NCBI GenBank assembly: GCA_964398115.1
Contig: CAYNLP010000007.1
Span: forward strand, 1 to 39,835
DNA length: 39,835 nucleotides
DNA from: an uncultured Methanosarcinales archaeon
GTDB taxonomy: Archaea > Nanobdellota > Nanobdellia > Woesearchaeales > CAYNLP01
Direction of reading: 5' to 3'
Below the pieces are notes generated by a model. It did not search any database. It was not told where the DNA came from and worked only from the letters and a program-made list of their open reading frames with translations. Made by a program: the position numbers and the translations under genes. This document shows positions 1 to 9,459 of this stretch, piece after piece (the first letter of the stretch is position 1; the number at the start of each line of letters is the position of its first letter).

Positions 1-474
1 TTGCAAATAGATCATAAGAATTATGGTTTGCTTGCCCCGTTTAAGCGTGTTTTCGAAAATAGGTATACGCGTTTGACAATACTTGCAGGTCTTATATTCT
101 CTGTCACCATAACGTTAGATCGTTTTGTGTTGCAAAACTATACTGAGCCATTAACTTACTTTTTCCTTGTACATGTTTTTATGTTTGTCTTGCTGACGTT
201 GAGGCATTTTTACAAGCAAGGTTGGAGATCTTTGTTTGATTCCAGACATCATAACAAGTGGACGGTTATAACTTCTGTATTCTATGTCTTGTTCCTGCTA
301 ACTTTCTACGAAGCTATCAGTCTCGCTTATGCAGGCTTGGTGGCGGCTGTGATGAGAATGCAAAACTTGATAACCACGGTTGAAGGCGGTCGCTTCTTTC
401 AGGAAGAACATCTTAAGAAGAAAAGCTTGGCCTGCTTGATAATGGTGGTAGGAGCTGTTCTAGTAGTTATATAG
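1..474 (+). CDS. EamA/DMT-family transporter, 5'-truncated by window edge
   Basis: Multiple hydrophobic helices; C-terminal pattern (..GRFFQEEHLKKKSLACLIMVVGAVLV) typical of DMT/EamA repeats. Confidence 0.7.
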   Translation: MQIDHKNYGLLAPFKRVFENRYTRLTILAGLIFSVTITLDRFVLQNYTEPLTYFFLVHVFMFVLLTLRHFYKQGWRSLFDSRHHNKWTVITSVFYVLFLLTFYEAISLAYAGLVAAVMRMQNLITTVEGGRFFQEEHLKKKSLACLIMVVGAVLVVI

Positions 475-523
475 AAACTTTTTCGTGACTGAATGTTGTA
501 TATGTTTATTTATGGAATTTTAA

Positions 524-545
524 TATTTATTGTCTATATTGAAAA
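524..545 (+). repeat. 22-bp dispersed intergenic motif, copy 1 (TATTTATTGTCTATATTGAAAA)
   Basis: Matches copies at 4457-4478 (minus), 16401-16422 and 39731-39752, each with 1 mismatch. Confidence 0.85.
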
Positions 546-602
546 ATATTATTTTTAGAGTTTCGGTAATGTTTTAAAAAAGAACACGTTTAATTTCACA
601 AT

Positions 603-1502
603 ATGAAACTCACATTCCTCGGTACTAATTCGATGGTGCCCACCAAGGAGAGAAACGTAACCGGCCACTTTCTTGAATATGACGGTCATGGAATCTTGGT
701 AGATTGTGGTGAAGGCACTCAGCGTCAGATGAACAAGGCAGGTATTAATCGGTTGCGTGTGAACAAAATTTTGATAACGCATTGGCATGGCGACCACGTC
801 GCGGGATTGATTGGATTATTACAAACTATAGGTAATGAAGAAAACGCTCCAACTATCGAGATTTACGGACCGCCTGGGACGAAGCAGAATCTGATGTATT
901 TGATGAAAGCCACGTTGCACAGTTCAAACCTAGAGATTGGGGTGAAAGAACTCGATCCGGCTGGAGTTGAGAAGTTTAGTGAGGAGGAAGATTATTATCT
1001 CGAGGCGGTTTGGATGGATCATCAAGTGGATTGTCTAGCATACCGTTTTGTAGAGAAAGATAAGAGAAAGATAGATATGAACAAAGCTAACCGTCTGGGA
1101 CTAGAAGAAGGTCCTAAGATTGGCGAGTTGAAGGAAGGGCAAGAAGTAGAAACTGATAACAGTGTGATTAAACCTGAAGATGTGAGCTATATTGAAGAAG
1201 GAAGGAAGGTCACTTTCATAATGGATACCTTGCTCAATGACAATTGTTACGATATTTCTCAACGAAGTGATTTACTCGTATGCGAGGCAACTTTCTTATC
1301 TGACTTGGAAGAAAAAGCAACTGAGTTTAAACACTTAACCGCTGAACAAGCGGCGCAAATTGCGGATGAAGCTGAAGTAAAAAGATTGATACTAACTCAT
1401 TTCAGCCAGCGTTACAGAGATACTCAATCATTAGTGGAAGAAGCGAAAAAAATATTTGCAAATACTCAAGCAGCGGAAGACTTTATGGAAGTAGAAATAT
1501 GA
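603..1502 (+). CDS. rnz: Ribonuclease Z (tRNA 3' processing)
   Basis: LGT..PTKERN N-terminus, DCGEGTQRQ, THWHGDH metallo-beta-lactamase motif, GP exosite arm, EATF, KHLT, LTHFSQRY. Confidence 0.95.
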   Translation: MKLTFLGTNSMVPTKERNVTGHFLEYDGHGILVDCGEGTQRQMNKAGINRLRVNKILITHWHGDHVAGLIGLLQTIGNEENAPTIEIYGPPGTKQNLMYLMKATLHSSNLEIGVKELDPAGVEKFSEEEDYYLEAVWMDHQVDCLAYRFVEKDKRKIDMNKANRLGLEEGPKIGELKEGQEVETDNSVIKPEDVSYIEEGRKVTFIMDTLLNDNCYDISQRSDLLVCEATFLSDLEEKATEFKHLTAEQAAQIADEAEVKRLILTHFSQRYRDTQSLVEEAKKIFANTQAAEDFMEVEI

Positions 1503-2107
1503 TAACTGTTGAAGAAATGCATAACTTAGAAGAAAAAGCAATCAAAGAAGGTGTTAGTGAAGCAGAACTCATGGAAAATGCGGGCAGACAAGTCTTTCAA
1601 GTCTTAAACCAACAATACGATTTAGAAAAATATTCAATAGTCGTGTTTGCAGGAGGAGGAAACAACGCAGGTGATGGATTTGTCGCAGCTCGACACCTTG
1701 CAGAAAAGTGTCCTGTAACGATAATATTTTTAGGAAGCGAAGAAAAACTCAGTCAAGTTTCTAAAAACAATTTTGACAAAGTCAAGGATAAAGTCACGAT
1801 TAGGGAAAGTGATGAAACTAATTTAGAAAAGTTAAAGATAAACGGAAACGTCATATTGTTAGACGCGATGCTCGGCTTGGGAATAAAAGGAAGTTTGAGA
1901 GAGCCTTACAAGACAGCAGTAGATTTTTACAACAAGCAAGAAGGAGAGAAAGTTTCTATAGACATACCAACTGGGATGAATCCGGACACTGGAGAACCTA
2001 CTGGTGAAGAAAGCTGTAAATTTGATTTAATCATTACTTTTCATGATATTAAGAAAGGATTAGTTAATTACGACGACAAGGTTGAAGTAGTAGATATTGG
2101 ACTTTAA
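1499..2107 (+). CDS. nnrE: NAD(P)H-hydrate epimerase (stand-alone YjeF_N)
   Basis: LMENAG, GGGNNAGDGFVAARHL, DAMLGLG, SIDIPTG motifs; ATGA overlap with rnz. Confidence 0.92.
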   Translation: MITVEEMHNLEEKAIKEGVSEAELMENAGRQVFQVLNQQYDLEKYSIVVFAGGGNNAGDGFVAARHLAEKCPVTIIFLGSEEKLSQVSKNNFDKVKDKVTIRESDETNLEKLKINGNVILLDAMLGLGIKGSLREPYKTAVDFYNKQEGEKVSIDIPTGMNPDTGEPTGEESCKFDLIITFHDIKKGLVNYDDKVEVVDIGL

Positions 2108-2316
2108 GACTTGGTCGCCAAGTTAATATCTTCAGCCTTTACAGTCTTCCTGCCAGCGTGTTGTGCTAGTTTAATACCAGCGTTTGAAACTTCTTCAGCT
2201 TTTTCTTCTAAGAAGTCTCGAAGTTCTTCTTTTGCGCCTTCAGAAACTCTTTCTGCTCCGGCTTTTTTCATTATTCTATCCATCGCTGCCAATGGAATGT
2301 CTCTTTTCCTCCCCAT
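2104..2316 (-). CDS. Archaeal histone (HMf family)
   Basis: IPLAAMDRIMKKAGAERVS...AQHAGRKTVKAEDINLA is the canonical archaeal histone fold; ATG at 2316 preferred over TTG at 2322. Confidence 0.95.
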   Translation of the reverse strand: MGRKRDIPLAAMDRIMKKAGAERVSEGAKEELRDFLEEKAEEVSNAGIKLAQHAGRKTVKAEDINLATKS

Positions 2317-2453
2317 TTTCAAGTATAACGGTCTAAAAGACTTTTATTTATAAAATTATTGTTTTTTTGCCGTTTTTTGCCTAAAACAAATAAAATGCAC
2401 TGGACATTCGCCCGCGTAACCTATTTAAATTCATTTATATAAAGTGTTAAGTA

Positions 2454-2858
2454 ATGGGAGTCAGCTTCGGCGGAAGAAAAGCCAAAGGCAGCAAAGCCGA
2501 GAACGAACTACTCAACAAATTCTGGAAAAACGACTGGGGGGGCATAAGATGCGCAGGAAGCGGAAGCGCAAGAAACCCAACACCAGACATCTTAGTAGGT
2601 AATGGCGATAGAGTATTAGCCATGGAAGTAAAAATAACCAAAGACGACAAGAAATACTTCAAAAACGAGGAAATAGAAGCATTAAGAAAATTCGCAGGCG
2701 CATTCGGAGCACACCCAATGGTAGGCGTACAATTCAGCAACAACAACTGGTACTTCCTAAGCTTAGACGACCTACGCAGCACAAAGAAAAGCTACGTCGC
2801 TAGTGTAGATCGAGCAATGAGCCGAGGACTAACATTTGAGGAACTCCTACAAATTTAA
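2454..2858 (+). CDS. hjc: Archaeal Holliday junction resolvase
   Basis: KGSKAENEL, R.AGSG, PDILVG, MEVK PD-(D/E)XK core, EIEALRKFAGAFGAHP. Confidence 0.92.
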   Translation: MGVSFGGRKAKGSKAENELLNKFWKNDWGGIRCAGSGSARNPTPDILVGNGDRVLAMEVKITKDDKKYFKNEEIEALRKFAGAFGAHPMVGVQFSNNNWYFLSLDDLRSTKKSYVASVDRAMSRGLTFEELLQI

Positions 2859-3586
2859 TGCACAAAATTCTTAACTCCAAATATCAATAAAACTCCAAGT
2901 ATCAAAATTATTGTTTCAATAAGCATCTTGCCAAAGTTTTCTTCATCCTGCAATTCAGGGATTAAGTCCGCAGTTGCGACGTAAACAAAACCTCCACTTG
3001 CAATCCCCAAGAAGACGGGAATAAGGCCTTGAACAGTGCTAGACAAATAATACATTAAGACGCCGCCAACTACTGCCGTCACCGCTGACAAAAAATTAAA
3101 ACCGAGAGCTTTCTTCGTACTAAAACCCCCATGAACGAGGATGGCGAAATCACCAAGTTCTTGAGGGATTTCATGCATTGCAATCGCGATGGTAGTAACC
3201 ACCCCGAGTTCAAAATTGGTGAGAAAAGCAGCAGCTATAATCGCACCATCTACGAAATTGTGAACGCCGTCCCCAACCAAATTCAGGTAGGTGTACGGCT
3301 TGACTTCATGATTGTGAGTGTGACAATGATGCCAAAAGACAAATCTCTCCATGATAAAGAATGCAACAACGCCTACAAGAGCCCATGTAAAACCAGTGTG
3401 ATCCAAAGCTTCCACAGACCTTGGTAAGAGATTGAAAAAGCTAGCTCCAAGCATAGTACCTGCTGCGAACGCTACAACATACAGCATCCATTTATGAAGT
3501 TCTTCTTCATTAACGGCCAGACTTATAGCTCCGAGTAATGAAAGCAAGCTTATGAGAACTACTGCTATGACTATAGTGCCTAACAT
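2855..3586 (-). CDS. ZIP-family divalent metal (Zn) transporter
   Basis: His-rich loop HHCHTHNH, GDGVHNFVDG and HEIPQELGDF signatures. Confidence 0.93.
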   Translation of the reverse strand: MLGTIVIAVVLISLLSLLGAISLAVNEEELHKWMLYVVAFAAGTMLGASFFNLLPRSVEALDHTGFTWALVGVVAFFIMERFVFWHHCHTHNHEVKPYTYLNLVGDGVHNFVDGAIIAAAFLTNFELGVVTTIAIAMHEIPQELGDFAILVHGGFSTKKALGFNFLSAVTAVVGGVLMYYLSSTVQGLIPVFLGIASGGFVYVATADLIPELQDEENFGKMLIETIILILGVLLIFGVKNFVH

Positions 3587-4203
3587 TTATACTCCTCTGA
3601 AAGATACTTGTGTTCAGGCTTGTATATAAAAGTGGTGTCGGTGTCGAAATAACCACACATGAACTTGTCTAATGGGATACCTGTTCTTTGACTTAACATT
3701 TGCGCGTAGAAGTAGGTCTGTGTCGTAGCATATTTTTCTCGATGAGCATTAGGTTTGTAATCCCAAATCCATATCTTGTCACCTTCGAAACGGATGAGAT
3801 CTATATGACCGCTCAACGGATTGCTTTCCTCAAATAAGTTATGATAACTTGCTTCGTCAGGCTCTACCCAAATAGGGGCTTCCACACACAAAGTTTGCGG
3901 GTCGTTATGCAACATGTAAACCTGCACGTTACTATGAGCGGTGTTATAATTATCCCACTCCAAGCCTTCTCTAGCAAAACTCGTCACAGGATGATTATCA
4001 ACTTCTTCCGGCTCGATACCCAAATCTAACTTCAACTTACTACTTCGAGGACCATCTTGAAATTTTTCATCCGGGCAATCATCCAGCATAGAAAATAAAT
4101 ACTGCTGAAGGTCAGAATATTCACTTGGTAACTTGTTAAGACGTCCCTTATGGATGCGATAAAAATAGTACCATCCGTGGTCTAAAGAGACGTGGTCGAT
4201 CAC
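3580..4203 (-). CDS. PD-(D/E)XK nuclease-family protein
   Basis: VEAPI..., GHIDLIR...IWDYK and QxxxYA motifs of the RecB/Cas4-like nuclease fold; GTG start overlaps the upstream stop (GTGA). Confidence 0.8.
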   Translation of the reverse strand: MIDHVSLDHGWYYFYRIHKGRLNKLPSEYSDLQQYLFSMLDDCPDEKFQDGPRSSKLKLDLGIEPEEVDNHPVTSFAREGLEWDNYNTAHSNVQVYMLHNDPQTLCVEAPIWVEPDEASYHNLFEESNPLSGHIDLIRFEGDKIWIWDYKPNAHREKYATTQTYFYAQMLSQRTGIPLDKFMCGYFDTDTTFIYKPEHKYLSEEYKC

Positions 4204-4379
4204 TCTTCTATCATCTCTTCTATTTTCTCTTCTTCTTCAAGTATGTGCTTAGCCATCTTTTCAACGTGATGATCGATTCTTGCAATCCTTCTTTCCAAAA
4301 GAACCATTACTCTAAGGCTGTAAACGATAGCTGCTAACGTTCCAATAATGACTGCTAATATTACGTGTTCGAGTGCCAT
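4200..4379 (-). CDS. Small single-TM protein with charged helical tail (59 aa, not in ORF track)
   Basis: MALEHVILAVIIGTLAAIVYSLRVMVLLERRIARIDHHVEKMAKHILEEEEKIEEMIEE*; GGAGGT RBS upstream; stop overlaps next gene's start. Confidence 0.8.
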   Translation of the reverse strand: MALEHVILAVIIGTLAAIVYSLRVMVLLERRIARIDHHVEKMAKHILEEEEKIEEMIEE

Positions 4380-4456
4380 AACAAACCTCCACCTCTTTTT
4401 CTTAAATGATTAAAGCCCATCATGGCTATAAAAAGTTTTCTAAACAAACACCTTTC

Positions 4457-4478
4457 TTTTCAATATAGAAAATAAATA
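4457..4478 (-). repeat. 22-bp dispersed intergenic motif, copy 2 (TATTTATTTTCTATATTGAAAA on minus)
   Basis: 21/22 identity to copy 1; lies between divergent genes. Confidence 0.85.
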
Positions 4479-4508
4479 ATTTAAATACAAACCCATTACA
4501 CAACTACA

Positions 4509-4967
4509 ATGGATTTCATAGACCGAAGCGGAAACTACCGAGAAAAACCACGAGACAGAAAAGTCTACGAAAAAACCGCCGTGTACGGCGCAGCCAAGAA
4601 AGACGGACACATCTACGTAGTAAAACCAAAAACCATAGAAAGATGGGAACTACCAGGAGGCAACCTAAAAGAAGGAGAAAGCCTCAAACAAGCACTCAAA
4701 AGAGAAATAAAAACAAAAACTGGATACGAAATAGAAATAATCAAACCAGACATAATAGAACCAAAAACAGAACGATTCTACGCATACGACACAGATGAAT
4801 ATAGCATGAAAAAAATGCACTTCTACCGAATAAAACTAAAAGAAGAATTAAAAGACGAAATAGATGAAGAAATCAAACAAGCAAAGTGGGTGCCAGAAAC
4901 CAGCCTAAAACCAACCAACTCAAACGCAACCCAGTTAGAAGTGTTTGACGAGTTAAGAAAATCATAA
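4509..4967 (+). CDS. NUDIX-fold hydrolase
   Basis: WELPGGNLKEGESLKQALKREIKTKTG Nudix box, with the terminal EE replaced by TK. Confidence 0.85.
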   Translation: MDFIDRSGNYREKPRDRKVYEKTAVYGAAKKDGHIYVVKPKTIERWELPGGNLKEGESLKQALKREIKTKTGYEIEIIKPDIIEPKTERFYAYDTDEYSMKKMHFYRIKLKEELKDEIDEEIKQAKWVPETSLKPTNSNATQLEVFDELRKS

Positions 4968-5020
4968 CCTTTATATACTGCATGTAGCTATTCTAAACAC
5001 CGAGGGAGACACACAAAACA

Positions 5021-5287
5021 ATGCTAAAGATGAAGAGACTTTCGGAAACCTACGACATGAGAGTCTTTACCGACAGCGGAGACTACTTCGGAGACATCGA
5101 AGAAATAATTCTCACACAAAACAAAATCTTCGGATGGAGAGTAAGAGCCACAAGAGACAGCTTCCTCAGCAACGTACTAGGAAGCGCAAAAGGCGTCATC
5201 GTACCACACCAACTCGTCAAAGCCATCGGCGACATAATGATCATAAACAAAAGCGCCGTGCCAAGCTACGACGAAGACAAAGAATAA
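5021..5287 (+). CDS. PRC-barrel domain protein (CdpB-like candidate)
   Basis: VFTDSGDYFGDIEEIIL...VIVPHQLVKAIGDIMII stand-alone PRC-barrel pattern. Confidence 0.85.
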   Translation: MLKMKRLSETYDMRVFTDSGDYFGDIEEIILTQNKIFGWRVRATRDSFLSNVLGSAKGVIVPHQLVKAIGDIMIINKSAVPSYDEDKE

Positions 5288-5320
5288 TCTTTTAATACTC
5301 GACACTTCTAATACCAATTG

Positions 5321-6820
5321 ATGTTAAAAGACAAGAAAAAAATCTACATACTACTAGCAATACTATTCCTAACAGTATTCGCAACCAGAGCATACTTCAG
5401 CCTACAAACAGAAGGATTCACAACCGAAAGCTACTACCACCTAAGACACATAGAACACATAAAACAAACCGGCCTACCACTCTTCCAAGACCCGCTCAGC
5501 TATGAAGGAAGAGAATACTACTTCCCACCACTCTTCCACTACATAATGGCAGGACTAAGCTTCATAATACCCTTAAAACTACTAGCAAAACTAATACCCA
5601 ACCTCTTATTCAGCACACTAATACTAATAGTATACGCCATCGCCAACAGAGTAACAAACCACAAAGGATATAGCCTCCTAGCAGCATTCTTCTTCGCATT
5701 CACACCAATAAGCTTCACCTACCCCATAAATTCAGTCACCCCATACAGCCTAGCAATACCCCTCTTCTTCGGCGTAGTACATGCTATGCTAGACATGAAA
5801 AGCGAACTAAACACAATGCTAATCCTAATAGTCGCTCTCGTATTCACACACCCCACCGCATTCCTACTAGTCATAGGACTCATAACCTATCTAGCACTAC
5901 TAAAACTAGAAAACATGAGTGTCGACGAAAGAAGCAAAGAAATAATACTATTCACAATATTCCTCGTATTCTGGGCCTTATTCCTACTCTACAAAAACGT
6001 GTTCCTAACCCACGGCCTAGGAGCAATCTGGCTAAACCTCCCAGACACGCTCATGCAAAGCGCCTTCCCACAACCAAACATCTTCCAAATCCTATACTAC
6101 GTCGGAATGGTTCCTCTCTTTCTAGGAGTCTTGGGAGCATACGGAACAGTCTTTAAAAACACACGCAAAAACTTACTACTCCTCCTAGGAATAACCCTCT
6201 CAATATTCATCCCCCTATGGATGAACCTAATACGACTACAAACCGGTCTACTATTCCTCAGCGCCCTCCTATCAGTACTAGCAGCCGAAGGACTCCTAGC
6301 CAGAGCAAACTACATGAAGAAAACAAAATTTGAAAAGCTAAGAAAAGTAACAATATTCTTCCTCGTATTCTTCTTCATAATAAGCTCAGTCATACCACTA
6401 TTCGGAACAGCCCAAACCAAAGCCCAAAACACGCCAGACCCAAACGTGATAAAATCCCTACAATGGATGAAACAAAACACTTCAAAAAACAGCGTAATCC
6501 TCGCCCCCGTCAGCCAAGGCCACCTAGTAACATACTTCGCCAACAGAAAAAACGTTATGGACACAAACTTCCTAATGATAGACGACGTAAACGAAAGATT
6601 CCAAGACATAAAAAAAGTGTATAAAGCCAGAATACAAGCAGAAGCGCTAAGAATCATAGACAAATACGGAATAGACTACATACTATTAAGTCAAAAAGCC
6701 AAAGACGAATACGAAACCGATCAACTCTACTACACTGACAGTAACTGCTTCGAAAGAATATACAACGACAAAGTACAAATATACGAAGTAAAATGCCAAT
6801 ACCAAGGAGGTGAACAATGA
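5321..6820 (+). CDS. GT-C / AglB(STT3)-like polytopic membrane glycosyltransferase, paralog 1
   Basis: ESYYHLRHIEHI...DPLSY.G...PPLFHY N-terminus, many TM helices, C-terminal WMKQNT..SVILA....GHLVTYFANRKNVMD...YGIDYIL resembling the AglB soluble domain but without WWDYG. Confidence 0.65.
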   Translation: MLKDKKKIYILLAILFLTVFATRAYFSLQTEGFTTESYYHLRHIEHIKQTGLPLFQDPLSYEGREYYFPPLFHYIMAGLSFIIPLKLLAKLIPNLLFSTLILIVYAIANRVTNHKGYSLLAAFFFAFTPISFTYPINSVTPYSLAIPLFFGVVHAMLDMKSELNTMLILIVALVFTHPTAFLLVIGLITYLALLKLENMSVDERSKEIILFTIFLVFWALFLLYKNVFLTHGLGAIWLNLPDTLMQSAFPQPNIFQILYYVGMVPLFLGVLGAYGTVFKNTRKNLLLLLGITLSIFIPLWMNLIRLQTGLLFLSALLSVLAAEGLLARANYMKKTKFEKLRKVTIFFLVFFFIISSVIPLFGTAQTKAQNTPDPNVIKSLQWMKQNTSKNSVILAPVSQGHLVTYFANRKNVMDTNFLMIDDVNERFQDIKKVYKARIQAEALRIIDKYGIDYILLSQKAKDEYETDQLYYTDSNCFERIYNDKVQIYEVKCQYQGGEQ

Positions 6821-8202
6821 AGAGATTCCTCCAACAATGGGGTCCGTTGATAATAGTACTCATGGCCATAACCTTCTCCCTAGCCCCAGTAATGGTTAGA
6901 TCCGCCCAAGACCCACTCGTCCCCCTCGGAGAAAGCTACTACAACATGAGAATATCACAAGAACTGCAAGAAAACCCCACATTACAAAATGACCCCTTAC
7001 AAGAAAGACCATACAACCCCAACCTATACCACTACTTACTAGCACTACTACAACTATTCCTTTCAGATCAAGGATTGATAATGAGTTCCATAGCACTATC
7101 AGTAGCAAGCGCGTTCCTACTGCAAAAAGCATTAAGAGACTACGGCATGGACGAAAGAGCAATACTCGCCGTAGCCATATTCATACTATCACCCATATAC
7201 ATATACACCTCAACCACGCTAACCCCCTACACACTCACACTCTTCCTAATCACACTAACCCTTTACCTAAGAAATTGGTCCGCCGCCATACCAGCAGGAT
7301 TAACCGCTCTCACCAACCCATCCGTATTCCTAATACTAACAATAACTATGATAATACACAACCACCTAGGCGAAGAAAAACACCCCGCTTACTTAACTCT
7401 AGGCGTTGGGACAATACTCACAGGAGCAGCATATCTCTTCCTCGACTACATCCCCATAATAAAACTATTCAATGGAGGACTAGCACCCTTAAACTACATC
7501 ACCGACTTCGGCGCCACAGTAGGATACAGCTTCTTCGGCCTACTCCTAGCTATAGTGTCAATCCTACTATTCTGGAAAGATGACAAAAAATTCAGCAAAG
7601 GCGGCGTGATATACCTACTCCTACTACTAACGTCAACCACACTCGAACCAACACGACTACTCATAAACATAATAACCTCGATATACGCCGCATACGCCCT
7701 CTACTTCTTCATAACCCGAGAATGGATAGTATTAAACCTCAAAGACTTAACACTACTAATACTCTTCAGCAGCTTACTATTCTCCGCAGTATCATTCACA
7801 ACCCGAACATCCAACATGGAACCCACACACGAAACAATAAAAACACTAGAAACCATCAAAAACCAACAAATAAAAGGAACAGTCTTCAGCGATCCACAAA
7901 ACGGGTTCTTAATACAATACTACGCACAAAGAAAAAGCTATATGGACGAACTAAGCTTCCTATACAAAGGATACGAAGAGAAAAAACAAACCACACAAAC
8001 ATTATACACCAACTCAAAACCAAAAATAACCAAAAAACTCCTAGACGAAAACGACATAAGCTACATATATATAGACCAAAAAATGCAAGACAGGCTATGG
8101 CAAACACGAAATCAACTGCCTCTCGTCCTAGAACTCAGCGAAAACTTTATTAAACTCACAGATTTTCAAAACAGACAAGCTTGGCTCTACATAAGAACTT
8201 GA
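6817..8202 (+). CDS. GT-C / AglB(STT3)-like membrane protein, paralog 2
   Basis: ESYYNMR...DPL...NLYHY, many TM helices, VFSDPQNGFLIQYYAQRKSYMD...NDISYIY; same layout as upstream gene; GGAGGTG RBS and ATGA overlap. Confidence 0.6.
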   Translation: MKRFLQQWGPLIIVLMAITFSLAPVMVRSAQDPLVPLGESYYNMRISQELQENPTLQNDPLQERPYNPNLYHYLLALLQLFLSDQGLIMSSIALSVASAFLLQKALRDYGMDERAILAVAIFILSPIYIYTSTTLTPYTLTLFLITLTLYLRNWSAAIPAGLTALTNPSVFLILTITMIIHNHLGEEKHPAYLTLGVGTILTGAAYLFLDYIPIIKLFNGGLAPLNYITDFGATVGYSFFGLLLAIVSILLFWKDDKKFSKGGVIYLLLLLTSTTLEPTRLLINIITSIYAAYALYFFITREWIVLNLKDLTLLILFSSLLFSAVSFTTRTSNMEPTHETIKTLETIKNQQIKGTVFSDPQNGFLIQYYAQRKSYMDELSFLYKGYEEKKQTTQTLYTNSKPKITKKLLDENDISYIYIDQKMQDRLWQTRNQLPLVLELSENFIKLTDFQNRQAWLYIRT

Positions 8203-8212
8203 GGCTTTTAAA

Positions 8213-9457
8213 ATGATAACATTCGGGGATATACTCATATACGCCGTAGCTTTCTTTGGCATATATACAGCTACATTCTTCACACTAACAATGCTAGAAG
8301 GCACTAGAGAAGTAAAAAGAAAAAAAGAAACAGACTGGCGACCAGAAGTATGCGTTATAGTCCCTTGCTACAATGAAGAAAACACGGTAGAAAAAACCGT
8401 CGACTCACTTCTCAACCTCAACTATCCAAGAGAAAAACTAGACCTAATAGTAGTAGATGACGGAAGTACTGATAACACCTACGAAGTAGCAAAGAAATAC
8501 GAAGAAAAAGGAGTAAGAGTATTCCAAAAAGAGAACGGGGGGAAACACACAGCACTAAACCTAGGCTTAGAAAAAACAGACGCAGAAATAGTAGGAGCAC
8601 TAGACGCAGACAGCCACGTGGATCCCGACGCACTAAAACGAATGATACCATACTTCGAAGAAGACGACGTAGCAGCAGTCACCCCCGCACTCAAAATAGA
8701 CAAACCCGACACATGGCTACAAATGGTACAAATGATCGAATACCTAATCGGTATATTCCTAAGAAAAGTATTCGCCATGCTCGGAAGCAACCACGTCACA
8801 CCCGGCCCCTTCACCTTATTCAAAAAAAGCTTCTTCGAAGAACACGGACCATACCGAGAAGCATACCTCACAGAAGACATCGAAATGGCATTGCGAATAG
8901 AAAAATATAACTACCAAATAGAAAATGCACCAAACGCATACGTATACACTATAGGCCCACCCACATTCAAAGGCTTGTTAAACCAAAGAAGAAGATGGTA
9001 CTACGGATTCATACAAAACACGTTAGACTATAAAGAACTCTTCAGCAGAGAACACGGAAACCTCGGACTATTCGTACTACCAAGCGCCTTCATATCCGTC
9101 CTCTTAGTAATCCTAACACTCCTCTACACCGGATTCAAACTCACAACTAAGGCATGGGAAAGATTCCAATACATGCAAGCGATAAACTGGGACTTCATGG
9201 AAATATTAGAATTCAACTTCGACCCATTCTTTCTAAACTTCAACGACACCGTAATGCTAGGATTCCTAGTAATGGCCATCAGTATAGCACTAATATTACT
9301 AGCCAAAAACGTGGCAGGAGAAAACGAACAGATAAAATACCACTACATAGTCTATGTATTAATCTACTGGCTACTATTTGGATTCTGGTGGATAGTCGCG
9401 TTTTGGAACAAACTTCTTAACAAAGAAAACTATTGGAATCACAAAAGCGCTGATTGA
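8213..9457 (+). CDS. Processive GT2 glycosyltransferase (cellulose synthase/PgaC-like)
   Basis: VPCYNEE, DDGSTD, GKHTALN, DAD, TED and QRRRW motifs with flanking TM helices. Confidence 0.9.
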   Translation: MITFGDILIYAVAFFGIYTATFFTLTMLEGTREVKRKKETDWRPEVCVIVPCYNEENTVEKTVDSLLNLNYPREKLDLIVVDDGSTDNTYEVAKKYEEKGVRVFQKENGGKHTALNLGLEKTDAEIVGALDADSHVDPDALKRMIPYFEEDDVAAVTPALKIDKPDTWLQMVQMIEYLIGIFLRKVFAMLGSNHVTPGPFTLFKKSFFEEHGPYREAYLTEDIEMALRIEKYNYQIENAPNAYVYTIGPPTFKGLLNQRRRWYYGFIQNTLDYKELFSREHGNLGLFVLPSAFISVLLVILTLLYTGFKLTTKAWERFQYMQAINWDFMEILEFNFDPFFLNFNDTVMLGFLVMAISIALILLAKNVAGENEQIKYHYIVYVLIYWLLFGFWWIVAFWNKLLNKENYWNHKSAD

Positions 9458-9459
9458 TC

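Noticed and set aside
2353..2375. AATTATTGTTTTTTTG as a fifth motif copy near the hjc composition change
   Set aside because: Only the left 9 bp match and the palindromic core is absent.
3580..4203. Cas4 assignment for the nuclease
   Set aside because: No C-terminal Cys cluster for Fe-S binding and no CRISPR context.
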